Below are positions 51,372-60,721 of a stretch of 64,000 nt of DNA, one piece after another. The stretch is from Nitrosopumilus sp. (GTDB taxonomy: Archaea; Thermoproteota; Nitrososphaeria; Nitrososphaerales; Nitrosopumilaceae). Position numbers and translations under genes: made by a program. The notes below the pieces were generated by a model. It saw only the letters and a list, made by a program, of their open reading frames with translations, did not search any database and was not told the DNA's origin. Location of the stretch: assembly GCA_965205425.1 (NCBI GenBank), contig CBDBGZ010000009.1:512001-576000 (forward strand). The letters are read 5' to 3'. Each line of letters opens with the position of its first letter. Position 1 is the first letter of the stretch.

Positions 51372-52051
51372 ACATAGAAGAAGAAATAGAAAAGTGTGAA
51401 ATTTATCTACAACAAATTAAACAATATGATCCTGATCCGTTTTATGTAAAGCATTTTTTTAATCAATTTATTCTTTCAATTAATAACATTATTTCAGGAA
51501 TTTTTGAAGAAGCAAATAGAGATTTTGGATTATTTGCATCCCAACCAATTTCAGAACAAAATTTTAACGAAAAATCAAAATTGAAAAATGATGAAAGTGC
51601 GTTAGAATTTTCTACTTGGTTTTCATTAAAATTTATAGAAGAACATGAAAATCCATACCCTAATTCAATCAAAAAAATTTGTGATTTTAGAAAAAAATTT
51701 GAAAAATTACCTGAAATTAAAATCATGATTAGGGCTTCTGACAGATACAAAGATGACATTAATCAACAAATCAAAGTAAATCTTAATCATGATAAAATAC
51801 GTTCAAAGGAGGAATTAGAAATTGAGATTAGAAGACAGTTACCAATATTTTTAGAAATTATTAATCATAAAAGACGAGATAAAAATGAGCCTAAAATAGA
51901 AGAAAATCAAGTAATAGCATCTACATTTGTCGATATTGGAAGTAAAGGAGACATTGAAATTGTATATGCAGCAGAAATTTACATTCCAGTATTGAAACGA
52001 TTAGTAGAAGAATCGAGAGAGAAAATTCAAGAATTAACTAGAAATCAATAA
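51368..52051 (+). CDS. Hypothetical protein
   Basis: 227-aa ORF, translationally coupled to the upstream ORF. Confidence 0.7.
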   Translation: MNIEEEIEKCEIYLQQIKQYDPDPFYVKHFFNQFILSINNIISGIFEEANRDFGLFASQPISEQNFNEKSKLKNDESALEFSTWFSLKFIEEHENPYPNSIKKICDFRKKFEKLPEIKIMIRASDRYKDDINQQIKVNLNHDKIRSKEELEIEIRRQLPIFLEIINHKRRDKNEPKIEENQVIASTFVDIGSKGDIEIVYAAEIYIPVLKRLVEESREKIQELTRNQ

Positions 52052-52055
52052 GATG

Positions 52056-52721
52056 TCAATCATCTAATCCAAAAATAGAATGTTCAGTTTTAATTTTGAT
52101 GATTGGTAAATATGAAAAACCATGATCAAAATTATCTGAGAATTCTGGATCTTGGCCTTGGTTTCCTTGATATTTTACAAAATGTTTAGTGGGTTCAGAC
52201 TCCAATTCAACATAATTGAAGTTATAGTATACTTCATCCATTTCTAGAGTTGTAATGTAACCCATTACCCAAGAATTTTTGTGAGGTACTGCATAAAGTG
52301 TTAGATTTTGTTCATCTGGGAATTCTGGATCATATGTTAATCTGGCTAAACTTCCTAGATCTTTTACTTTAATGGGGTGAAATTGATCTGAGAGTTTTTT
52401 GGATTTTATTGGGAGTGATGAAATTTCAGAATCCATGTGAACAATAGGTGCATAATGTGAATTAATTTTTGTGGAATCTACAATATCACAAATTTCTTTT
52501 CCAGAATTTACTTGATACGATACATATCTACCTAATTTTGGCATTGGGGCATAAAAAACCATCAAAGTATTTGCTAAAGTAATACTGCTTGAAACAATTC
52601 TAGAGCCATCTAGATCCTGCGAATAAACTCGTTTAGGGTATTCTTGTAATGCACATGCAAATCGGGCCAAATCATCAAAACTTGATAATTCTACAAAGCA
52701 TTCATTTTGAGTAATTGACAC
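52056..52721 (-). CDS. Hypothetical protein with an internal two-domain duplication
   Basis: FVELSSFDDLARF...YAPIVHM resembles IKVKDLGSLARL...YLPIIKI. Confidence 0.7.
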   Translation of the reverse strand: MSITQNECFVELSSFDDLARFACALQEYPKRVYSQDLDGSRIVSSSITLANTLMVFYAPMPKLGRYVSYQVNSGKEICDIVDSTKINSHYAPIVHMDSEISSLPIKSKKLSDQFHPIKVKDLGSLARLTYDPEFPDEQNLTLYAVPHKNSWVMGYITTLEMDEVYYNFNYVELESEPTKHFVKYQGNQGQDPEFSDNFDHGFSYLPIIKIKTEHSIFGLDD

Positions 52722-52737
52722 AAAAATTGTTAATTCA

Positions 52738-52944
52738 TCATATTTTTATTCTTTCCACATTGTGACGATTTTTTCTATCAAAATATTCCATAATGAAATG
52801 GAAAATGATTAACTTTCCAAAAACAACTAATGAAATTAAAGATAGAATATACTCATCAAGATAATACAAATAACTAGTAACGCCTATTGCAGTCATTATT
52901 TCAATTGCAGTACAAGAACAAAAAAAGAGAAGTTTTTCTCTCAA
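52738..52944 (-). CDS. Small two-TM membrane protein
   Basis: 68 aa with two hydrophobic segments; fits an operon-like gap. Confidence 0.55.
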   Translation of the reverse strand: MREKLLFFCSCTAIEIMTAIGVTSYLYYLDEYILSLISLVVFGKLIIFHFIMEYFDRKNRHNVERIKI

Positions 52945-52953
52945 TTCAACAAT

Positions 52954-53424
52954 TTATTGGGATTTTGGCCACATTGAAGTCCAAGTTTCAGCAAACTTTT
53001 TCATCATTTCACCATATGCATTCATTTGTTCTAATCCAGATGAACTAAGTGCTTTTTGCCAATTTTCAGTAAATTGTTTGAAGGTAGCAGTGTTAGTGTC
53101 ATTGAGAGCTTTTTGCCAATTCTCACCAAATTCTTTGAAAGAGTTCATTCCTGCTTCATTGAGAGCTTTTTGCCAATTCTCACCAAATTCTTTGAAAGAG
53201 TTCATTCCTGCTTCATTGAGAGCTTTTTGCCAATTCTCACCAAATAATTTCATGGTTTCAGCACTAGACTCAACAGTCGCTTTGTCCCAAACACTGTTGA
53301 ATTTAGATTGCATGTCATTACTTGCATTTTGAATTTGCTCAAAAAGTGATTTCCAATTTTCAAGAGATTTTGTATATTCTCCCCATAATGAATCCCATTC
53401 ATTATTTTTTCCTTGTTCGGACAT
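52954..53424 (-). CDS. Trp-rich amphipathic helical repeat protein
   Basis: 156 aa with four FxENWQKAL units. Confidence 0.75.
   Translation of the reverse strand: MSEQGKNNEWDSLWGEYTKSLENWKSLFEQIQNASNDMQSKFNSVWDKATVESSAETMKLFGENWQKALNEAGMNSFKEFGENWQKALNEAGMNSFKEFGENWQKALNDTNTATFKQFTENWQKALSSSGLEQMNAYGEMMKKFAETWTSMWPKSQ
53100..53245. repeat. 57-bp coding tandem repeat (about 2.5 copies; 19 aa)
   Basis: Units start at 53100, 53157 and 53214 and encode FGENWQKALNEAGMNSFKE. Confidence 0.93.
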
Positions 53425-53475
53425 TAACTAAAGATAAGATTCATTATTCTTAAAGGGATCTATGAGAAGTGCGGT

Positions 53476-53961
53476 TTATTTTTGACGATTTTTTAATCTG
53501 TTATCCATTCGGATTTTGCCTTCTTCAAATTTGATTCGATCATCATCTGTTTTGAGAGCTAACTTAGGAACAGGCATAGGATTTCCATTTTTATCAAGAG
53601 CTACAAATGTAACAAATGCGGTACCCGTAACAGTTCTAATTCCGGTTACTATATCTTCAGCTTCAGCTTTTACTTCAATTTCCATTGATGAATTATGGAC
53701 ATAGTTAATTCTAGCATTTAGAGTTAGAACATTTCCTACAAAAACAGGTTTCAAAAAATTGACGCTATCCATAGATACAGTTACTGCATTAGATTGAGAA
53801 TGACGTTGAGCAACTATACCTGCCACCATATCAATGTGTTTTAGAATTTCACCACCAAATACATTCCCAGCTGGATTTGCATCAGACGGGAACATTCGAA
53901 CAATTACTTCAGCATGTGACTCTGCAGGACTTTTTTCCCTAAGATGATTTTCAGATGACAT
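53476..53961 (-). CDS. Acyl-CoA thioesterase (hotdog fold, YciA-like)
   Basis: PSDANPAGNVFGGEILKHID, VTVSMD.VNF.KPV.VG, TFVALD motifs. Confidence 0.92.
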   Translation of the reverse strand: MSSENHLREKSPAESHAEVIVRMFPSDANPAGNVFGGEILKHIDMVAGIVAQRHSQSNAVTVSMDSVNFLKPVFVGNVLTLNARINYVHNSSMEIEVKAEAEDIVTGIRTVTGTAFVTFVALDKNGNPMPVPKLALKTDDDRIKFEEGKIRMDNRLKNRQK

Positions 53962-54019
53962 TTTTAATCTAATTTTTGTTCCTAAATCAAGGCAATTTAA
54001 TTTAATCAGTTGATTTTGT

Positions 54020-55351
54020 CTATTCGAAATATTTTTCTAGTTTAATTTTATCAATTTTTGGGATTTTAGCTAATTCAAATCCTTCAGGCCGTTTAGACAA
54101 AGACCTAGTTGCATCTATTCCCATTTTTGCAGTTTGTAATTTTTGTTGATTACTAGAAGGATCAAGACTAGAACCACGAACATTTTTGATAATTACAAGA
54201 TCCTTATCAGCTTGGAATCTTGTTGCCATAGCATATTCTACAGATTCAGCACTATTAACATCAATATCTTCATCAACTACTGTTACTTGTTTTAAAGAAC
54301 GATGAGATTCAAATGTTTTTTTAATAATTTTTTTCGGATCAGAATCATTTTTCTTTTTAATTTGCACTATTGCATGTAACCAATTACATCCACCATTTGA
54401 TAGTGAGACTTGTTTAGTTTGTGAGAAAGATTTTTTTAATTCACCATTTAGTTTGGATTCAATAGGCATTCCCATCAGTAATCTATGTTCTGAATATCCA
54501 GAAAGAACATCGTGGAAAATCGGATTATTTCTAAAAAACATATTTTCAATCTCAAAAACAGGTTGAGATCTTTTATGATCATATGTTTGCAGCATTTCAA
54601 CCATCCATTCAGGATGAGTTTTATCTTGAAGGATTTTTCCTTCCATTACAATTTCAGCACCAGATGGTACATTCAATCCAGAAAATGGTAATTTTGCCAA
54701 AGTCAATTTTCCACCCAAAAGTGAATTTGCAATATCGATTTCATCTTTGCCCCAATCAGCTTGATATGCACCTGCAATAGATACGGCCGGATGAACACCC
54801 ACAGTAATGGCAATTTTAAGATCCTCACCATGCTCTTTGGCATCAATAAAACATCTATGTGTATGACGACCTTCTACCATCCTTATAGAAAAATGAGTTT
54901 CATCAATAGGCATCATTCTATGAAAAGAAGAATTTTGTTTTCCAGTTTCAAGGTTTTTTGCATAGGCAACAGAAGATGTGATAAAGGGTCCAGATTCCTT
55001 TTCAAAATGAGTCACAATAGGCATAGAATGGATATTTTTTGATTTGTTTTCCATAAATTTTCCTGAAGAAATAATTTTGGGTTTTTTAGCTTTTTTGATT
55101 GCTGAAATTACTTTTTCATGAATATTAGATTCTGTACCACCAACTGCAATACCAAATCGTTTTCTAGTTCCAACTAGATTTGCAATTAATCTAAAATTAC
55201 TTTCTTTGATTTTTTCAAATAATACAGCATGTGAACCGTCAACTTTTGCAGTAATTCCAGCTATTTCAAATTTAGTAGAAACAGGAGTTTTTACAGTTTT
55301 GAGTTCATTGATTTTTTTAATTTGTGAAATGTAACTTCTTAAATCACTCAT
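54020..55351 (-). CDS. UbiD-family (prFMN) decarboxylase
   Basis: NSSFHRM, AEIVMEG, EMLQTY, VVDEDID, SSLDPS, KMGIDAT motifs. Substrate not assignable from sequence (modified mevalonate or menaquinone pathway). Confidence 0.88.
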   Translation of the reverse strand: MSDLRSYISQIKKINELKTVKTPVSTKFEIAGITAKVDGSHAVLFEKIKESNFRLIANLVGTRKRFGIAVGGTESNIHEKVISAIKKAKKPKIISSGKFMENKSKNIHSMPIVTHFEKESGPFITSSVAYAKNLETGKQNSSFHRMMPIDETHFSIRMVEGRHTHRCFIDAKEHGEDLKIAITVGVHPAVSIAGAYQADWGKDEIDIANSLLGGKLTLAKLPFSGLNVPSGAEIVMEGKILQDKTHPEWMVEMLQTYDHKRSQPVFEIENMFFRNNPIFHDVLSGYSEHRLLMGMPIESKLNGELKKSFSQTKQVSLSNGGCNWLHAIVQIKKKNDSDPKKIIKKTFESHRSLKQVTVVDEDIDVNSAESVEYAMATRFQADKDLVIIKNVRGSSLDPSSNQQKLQTAKMGIDATRSLSKRPEGFELAKIPKIDKIKLEKYFE

Positions 55352-55688
55352 TCTCGATCATCTCCATTATCTCAGACATTAAGGCTTTTGCTGTTTCAGG
55401 TTCCAAAGGTTTTTGAATAAAAGTAGATACCAAGGCAATTCCTCTCATCCTAGTACTAATTCGTTCAGCAATAAGTTTTAGAAAAAGCGCTTCAGACCTA
55501 GATGGGATAATAGTTGTGGTAATTGGAGTAGGCCCTGTTGCTAATGAAACTACCATAGAACCTAATTTGTTAGAGCCTTCAGTTACTGAAATAAAATAAC
55601 CATTTTCAAATTTTTGAATTTGTAAAGAAAAACTTCGACTCTCCAAATTTACCATTTTCTGGAAAAATCCATTTGGAGAGGTCAACAA
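55344..55688 (-). CDS. Hypothetical protein, proteasome assembly chaperone 4-like
   Basis: 114 aa with a KLGSMVVSL...LIAERIS pattern; family assignment tentative. Confidence 0.55.
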   Translation of the reverse strand: MLTSPNGFFQKMVNLESRSFSLQIQKFENGYFISVTEGSNKLGSMVVSLATGPTPITTTIIPSRSEALFLKLIAERISTRMRGIALVSTFIQKPLEPETAKALMSEIMEMIENE

Positions 55689-55702
55689 GCTACGAACGAG
55701 TC

Positions 55703-56155
55703 TTATGCTTTTATTGCTATTGATTCACTCTTCTGGGAATCTACAACTTCAGGGTTCTTCTTGCAATTCTTCTCATGTTTGTCTGGATAAACAAAGAGTT
55801 TTTCACAGTGTTTGCATGGAGTTTTTTCCTTAGTTTTAGATTTTGTTGTTTTTGATTTAGCAGTTTTAGCTTTTGATTTAGATTTTGCTTTAACAGTTAC
55901 TTCTGGAACTTCTGATTCAATTTCAGTAGCTGCTGCAGCTTCCATAGAATCAGCCTCAACTCTAGCTCGCAATTTTGCTTTGTATTTCAAATTACGTGGT
56001 TTTGTTCTTAATCTATATCCACAACATGGACACCAAAGTCCTTCCCATTTGATGAATATTTCACAAATCTGGCATCGACGTTGTCCAGAAGCATATCTTC
56101 CAGTGCCAACAGGCTTTTGAGCCTTATATCTAACACAAATTCCTTTACAAGTCAT
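55703..56155 (-). CDS. Cys-rich Zn-binding hypothetical protein with Lys-rich tail and a second C2HC finger
   Basis: CKGIC, RCQIC, CPCCGYRLRTKPR; CKHC...H...C near the C-terminus. Confidence 0.75.
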   Translation of the reverse strand: MTCKGICVRYKAQKPVGTGRYASGQRRCQICEIFIKWEGLWCPCCGYRLRTKPRNLKYKAKLRARVEADSMEAAAATEIESEVPEVTVKAKSKSKAKTAKSKTTKSKTKEKTPCKHCEKLFVYPDKHEKNCKKNPEVVDSQKSESIAIKA

Positions 56156-56497
56156 CTTGGTATTACATTATAGATTTTATAACTATATAAGCATAGATCG
56201 ATAAAATCCATACTAAATCAATTAGAAAGTTGAAAATTTTCTATATTTTAAACCGATCAAAATAATTATTTTCAAATAAAAACCAAAAAACAACAATAAA
56301 TATGTATAGCTAATTCTAAAATTCAATTTTTTGAAATAATAACATGTTACAATATAGATGTTTAACAAAAAATTTCAAATTTTTAGAAGAAATTTATGAA
56401 AATTCATAATATTTTCATACTTTCATCGTTATTGATACGTGATAATGTAAAAGGATTTTGAATAAATTAGAATTTTTCCAATAAAATGATGAAAATA

Positions 56498-57142
56498 CTA
56501 ACCAGTGATAGATAATGGAAGAATAGATTGTCTATATCCTTCTCGTTGAGAAATATATTTTGCAGAAAGCATATCACGTTTTCCTCTTTGATTGAAATTT
56601 TTAATTTTTAAACTGGTTTTGCTTTCATCTACAAATTCTAATTCAAAAGATGAACAAAATTTCAAATTTAACATTGTGACGATTTGTTTTGCAATTTTCA
56701 TATTTCCATCTCCAATTTTTAGAATTTTTCTTTTTGCCCTAAGACCTCCTAAAATTCCTATTATGTGAAAAACTAATTCTTCAATTGAAGTATGAACTGA
56801 ACTCTCAATTTCCACACCATAATAAAAAATTGATAATCCCATTCTTTGGCCAGGATCAACTCCCAGAATTAGATTTTCTTCTTCAAAATTAAAACTCAAT
56901 TTTTGTATCATCATACCTCTGATTACAGTAGGATGATGTTCTAGAATATCTTCATGAAGTAAAATTTTTGTGCATTGCTTAGGTGACTCTTCTCTTGTAG
57001 TAAATACCAAATTGCCATCATAATCTAGGATTTCTTCAGGAAGTATTGAATCAAAGGAGAGATTTAGAAATTTTAGATAAGTTGAAAATCTATAGTATGG
57101 TTTACCATAAGTAGTTGCAAGTCCAATACGGTAATTTTGTAA
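56498..57142 (-). CDS. Hypothetical protein with an RNase H-like (YqgF/RuvC-type) domain; start uncertain
   Basis: ILGVDPGQRMGL, KIGDG, VDESKTS, D..SA motifs. The frame stays open 5' of the track start (57010) through LQNYRIGLATTYGKPYY without ATG/GTG/TTG. Confidence 0.65.
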   Translation of the reverse strand, partial: LQNYRIGLATTYGKPYYRFSTYLKFLNLSFDSILPEEILDYDGNLVFTTREESPKQCTKILLHEDILEHHPTVIRGMMIQKLSFNFEEENLILGVDPGQRMGLSIFYYGVEIESSVHTSIEELVFHIIGILGGLRAKRKILKIGDGNMKIAKQIVTMLNLKFCSSFELEFVDESKTSLKIKNFNQRGKRDMLSAKYISQREGYRQSILPLSITG

Positions 57143-57182
57143 GGGATCTATAATTAATGGAATGAAATATTAGATTTAAGGT

Positions 57183-57518
57183 CTATGCCTTCAAAACAGT
57201 TGACACTACATGTTTGACTGCTTCATCAAAATTAGTATCAATATTAGATTGAATTTCAGACAATTTTGCATCCCCTTCTTGGGCAATTTTTGCAGATTCA
57301 GCAGTTGCCTTTTCTTTTGATGCGCTAATTATTACCTCAGCCTCTTTAGTAGCCATTTCTCTAGTTTTTTCTAATAAATTATCAATTTCAGATTGGCTCT
57401 TAATGGATAATTGTTTTTTCATATCTCCAACTTTACTAGTTAAGGTATCTAGATCATCTTCCAAAGCATTTAGAGACTTGATAATTCCCGTTACTTTGGA
57501 TTCAGCCATACTACTCAT
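57183..57518 (-). CDS. Coiled-coil protein resembling A/V-ATPase peripheral stalk subunit H/G
   Basis: All-helical, with an EAEVIISASKEKATAES...FDEAVKHVVSTVL pattern. Confidence 0.55.
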   Translation of the reverse strand: MSSMAESKVTGIIKSLNALEDDLDTLTSKVGDMKKQLSIKSQSEIDNLLEKTREMATKEAEVIISASKEKATAESAKIAQEGDAKLSEIQSNIDTNFDEAVKHVVSTVLKA

Positions 57519-57590
57519 TATACACCAAATCTGATAATTCCATTACTTAAATCATTCATTTTTAGGCACAAAAACGAGGAATTTTGAACA

Positions 57591-57935
57591 TTATCCTGTA
57601 GTTAAAAGCAATATTGCTCTTGCTAAATCACCTTCGGCTTCTTCTAAAGCACTTTTTGCCTTTTCCTCATCAACTCCAGCTTGTTGACTAACTAACTGGA
57701 TATCTTCTTCTGAGAAAATTGGAACTTCTAATTCTCTTTCTTCATAACTATCAGCAGTTACTGTAAAAATTGAATTATCTTTTGCCTTCATTTCAGTAAC
57801 TGAAGGTTTTGAAATGATGATTTCTTTTTTATCAGTTTTAATTATTACTTCTTGAACATTAGATAATTCATTCATATCTAGACCCATCTTATCCATCATT
57901 CTTCGCATTTCGCGGTTTCCTCCTCCTCGCATCAT
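57591..57935 (-). CDS. nac: Nascent polypeptide-associated complex protein
   Basis: RRMMDKMGL, VQEVIIKT, UBA-like EEDIQLVSQQAGV...GDLARAIL. Confidence 0.94.
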   Translation of the reverse strand: MMRGGGNREMRRMMDKMGLDMNELSNVQEVIIKTDKKEIIISKPSVTEMKAKDNSIFTVTADSYEERELEVPIFSEEDIQLVSQQAGVDEEKAKSALEEAEGDLARAILLLTTG

Positions 57936-58411
57936 GATTTTATTTCCTCACTACGACTTTTTAAACTATCTCTGACTTTGATGGCTACCCCTCTATCAAA
58001 ATCAGATATCATTTCTGAAGATAGTATTGCTCTTCCAACAGCTATTATTTGATTTTTAAACAGAACCGGAGTATCTGCAGCAATACGTACATTTTTCCCA
58101 CATGATACTACATGTTTACAAAAAACTGATCTTCCCTGTTCTACAAAGGGAGCAGCATCTGCATTTATCTCAATACAATTTTCTTTGAATTTTTTATTCT
58201 TCAGTAATGTCTGAGCAAAATGAGTACTAATGGCCAAACTACCATCAATCCGTAAAGTGCATAGTAATTTTCCTTTGTGTGAAACTGTTCTTATTCTACC
58301 AGTTTTTCGTGAAAATGTCATTTCAGCATCTTTTGGTAATGATTTTGATGTACCACTTCCAAATAATGCATCTAGAGTTTGCTGAAGTTTAAGGATATGA
58401 TCCATACGCAT
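57932..58411 (-). CDS. PUA-domain protein (stand-alone ArcTGT C-terminal-like module)
   Basis: SRKTGRIR, TLR.DG, GRSVFCKHV, AVGRA.LS..M, GVAIKVR motifs. Confidence 0.8.
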   Translation of the reverse strand: MRMDHILKLQQTLDALFGSGTSKSLPKDAEMTFSRKTGRIRTVSHKGKLLCTLRIDGSLAISTHFAQTLLKNKKFKENCIEINADAAPFVEQGRSVFCKHVVSCGKNVRIAADTPVLFKNQIIAVGRAILSSEMISDFDRGVAIKVRDSLKSRSEEIKS

Positions 58412-58496
58412 AGTAAAATCGGTTCTAAATATTAGTTGAATGCTAGTCTATACCATAAAGATCAATCTATATAGAAAAGAATTTTCCCTTTAGATC

Positions 58497-59543
58497 ATGG
58501 AAGATGGAGGAGAAACTCGAAAAATTCAGTTTACTGGAAAATCATCATACATAGTTTCATTACCAAAACAATGGATTATGGAATTGGGTCTTAAACAAGG
58601 AGATCAAATCAGAATGGTTAGAAAAGGTTCATCAACATTGGAACTATATCCACCAAAATTTGAATCTAGAACTCAGAAAAAAGAAGATGCCGTAATTGAA
58701 ATTGATGGAGAGGAAGAAGCATCTTCAATTGTTAGAAAATTAATTTCATTATACTTTTTAGGATTCAAGACAATTAATGTAAAACCTAAAAATGGTAGAT
58801 TAAGTGCTCATCAAAGAAACACAGTAAAAGAAGCTGTAAAACGAATGCTAATGGGTTCAGAAATAATTGCCGATTCAAGTGGTGGAATTATAGTTCAGGT
58901 ACTTGTCAATTTATTAGAATTATCAGTAGATGGCGCTTTCAAACGAATGATTCACTTAGCAAAGTCAATGTCAAGTGATGCAATCTTGGCAGTTAAAGAA
59001 AATAATTTAGAATTAGCACAAGAAGTAATCAATACAGATGATGAAGTGGACAGATTTGGATTTTACATTATTCGACAATTGAAAATTGCAATTCAAAATG
59101 AACATATGTTAAAAGAGATGGGTTTCAGAAATGCCAGGAATTGTTTAGGATACAGACTAGTTGTGAAAAATATAGAGAGAACCGGTGATCATGCTGCATT
59201 CATAGCAAAAGATCTGATTGAATTTAAAAAACCTGTGAAAAAAGAGATTTTACAAAAATTACAAGAAATGAATGAATTTTGCTTGTCTGTTTTAGACGAT
59301 TCATGTCTTGCATTATTCAAAGAAGACTATAATCAGGCTGAAAAGACAATTACAAAAATTGATGAAATATCAAAATTTGAGAAAAAAGTCAGAGATGCAT
59401 CAAAATCACTAAAAGATGATGAGGAAATCTACAGAGTAAGAAGAATGACTGAGAATATTAGAAGAGTTGCTGAATATGCTAGTGATATAGCTGAAATAGT
59501 TTTGAATATGAATATAGAAAAAACACTAAAAAAATCTGATTAA
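58497..59543 (+). CDS. phoU: Phosphate uptake regulator (AbrB + PhoU domains)
   Basis: RKIQFTGKSSYIVSLPKQW, DDEVDRF, IERTGDHA, RRVAEYASDIAE motifs. Confidence 0.9.
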   Translation: MEDGGETRKIQFTGKSSYIVSLPKQWIMELGLKQGDQIRMVRKGSSTLELYPPKFESRTQKKEDAVIEIDGEEEASSIVRKLISLYFLGFKTINVKPKNGRLSAHQRNTVKEAVKRMLMGSEIIADSSGGIIVQVLVNLLELSVDGAFKRMIHLAKSMSSDAILAVKENNLELAQEVINTDDEVDRFGFYIIRQLKIAIQNEHMLKEMGFRNARNCLGYRLVVKNIERTGDHAAFIAKDLIEFKKPVKKEILQKLQEMNEFCLSVLDDSCLALFKEDYNQAEKTITKIDEISKFEKKVRDASKSLKDDEEIYRVRRMTENIRRVAEYASDIAEIVLNMNIEKTLKKSD

Positions 59544-59599
59544 TTTCCAAATAATGTCCAATACAATTATCTTAGATTCAATTAGAAAAATGAATTAGA

Positions 59600-60721
59600 A
59601 TGAATTCTGCAATTTTAATCACATATGATCAAGAGGATGCCATTAATGAAGCAAAAGGACTATGTGATGCTGCAGGATATGAAGTAGTCCACATAATCAA
59701 ACAAAATTTTCTCCAGAAACCAAAATATGGTATTAGTGGAGGAGTAGTAGAACAATTAGAAGAAATATCTGACAAACTAAGACCAGATGTCATCATATAT
59801 GATGAGATTCTAAAACCAAGTCAAAACTATAATCTTGCAACTGTGTTACATAGAGAAGTATTAGATAGAGAAGCACTGATTCTTGAGATTTTTGAAAGTA
59901 GAGCATCAAGTGCAGAATCAAAATTACAAGTGAAATTAGCACAGTTGAGATATGAAATGGCAAGAGCTAAAGAAAAAGTTAGACTTGCAAACTTGGGAGA
60001 ACAGCCAGGATTTATGGGAATAGGAAAATTCGAAGTAGATGTGTATTATAATGATATCAAACATAGAATGCAAACAATAAGATCCAAGCTTGAAAAAGCT
60101 GGAAAACAAAGAGAACTTCACAGGCAAGGAAGAAAGAGAATGGGATTCAAGACAATATCACTTGCAGGATACACTTCTGCAGGAAAAACTACATTATTTA
60201 ACAAAACAACAGGTGAAACAAGAACTCAAAGTAAAGAGTTGTTCACAACTCTTACTACAACTACCCGAAGATTAATGATTAATCAAGAACCATTTTTGAT
60301 TGCAGATACAGTTGGCTTTATCAGTAAATTACCAGCCTACATGATTGATGCATTCAAATCAACATTAGAAGAATTGACACATACTGATGTAATTATTCTT
60401 GTAATTGACATTAATGATTCAATTACAGAATTAAAAAAGAAATTTTCTAGCTGTATGAGAACTCTAAGTGAATTAGGTGTACAACAAGACAAAGTAGTTT
60501 ACGCTCTAAATAAATCAGATTTATTAAAAGATGAAGAAATTAAACGAAAAATAGAATTTCTTAATTTAACTGAAAATAAAAAACTAGTTTCAGTTTCAGC
60601 AAAAACTGGAAAAAATATCACGCAATTAAAAGAATTAATTAAAGAAATTATAGAAAATCAGGGTTTTCATAAACCAAAAAATAATGCATGGGAAGGAGCT
60701 GAAAAAACATTTGGTAATTGA
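59600..60721 (+). CDS. hflX: GTPase HflX
   Basis: LILEIF..RA...[43 protein letters not shown] motifs. Confidence 0.95.
   Translation: MNSAILITYDQEDAINEAKGLCDAAGYEVVHIIKQNFLQKPKYGISGGVVEQLEEISDKLRPDVIIYDEILKPSQNYNLATVLHREVLDREALILEIFESRASSAESKLQVKLAQLRYEMARAKEKVRLANLGEQPGFMGIGKFEVDVYYNDIKHRMQTIRSKLEKAGKQRELHRQGRKRMGFKTISLAGYTSAGKTTLFNKTTGETRTQSKELFTTLTTTTRRLMINQEPFLIADTVGFISKLPAYMIDAFKSTLEELTHTDVIILVIDINDSITELKKKFSSCMRTLSELGVQQDKVVYALNKSDLLKDEEIKRKIEFLNLTENKKLVSVSAKTGKNITQLKELIKEIIENQGFHKPKNNAWEGAEKTFGN

Noticed and set aside
56156..56497. AT-rich gap as a replication origin
   Set aside because: No recognisable ORB repeats with G-strings and no adjacent cdc6/orc1.
35790..57154. 9-mer ATCTATAAT/ATTATAGAT recurring near gene starts (35790, 35820, 40231, 56167, 57146)
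   Set aside because: AT-rich word expected a few times by chance in this window; orientation and spacing are inconsistent and it also occurs inside a CDS (about 44637). It would need a genome-wide enrichment test.
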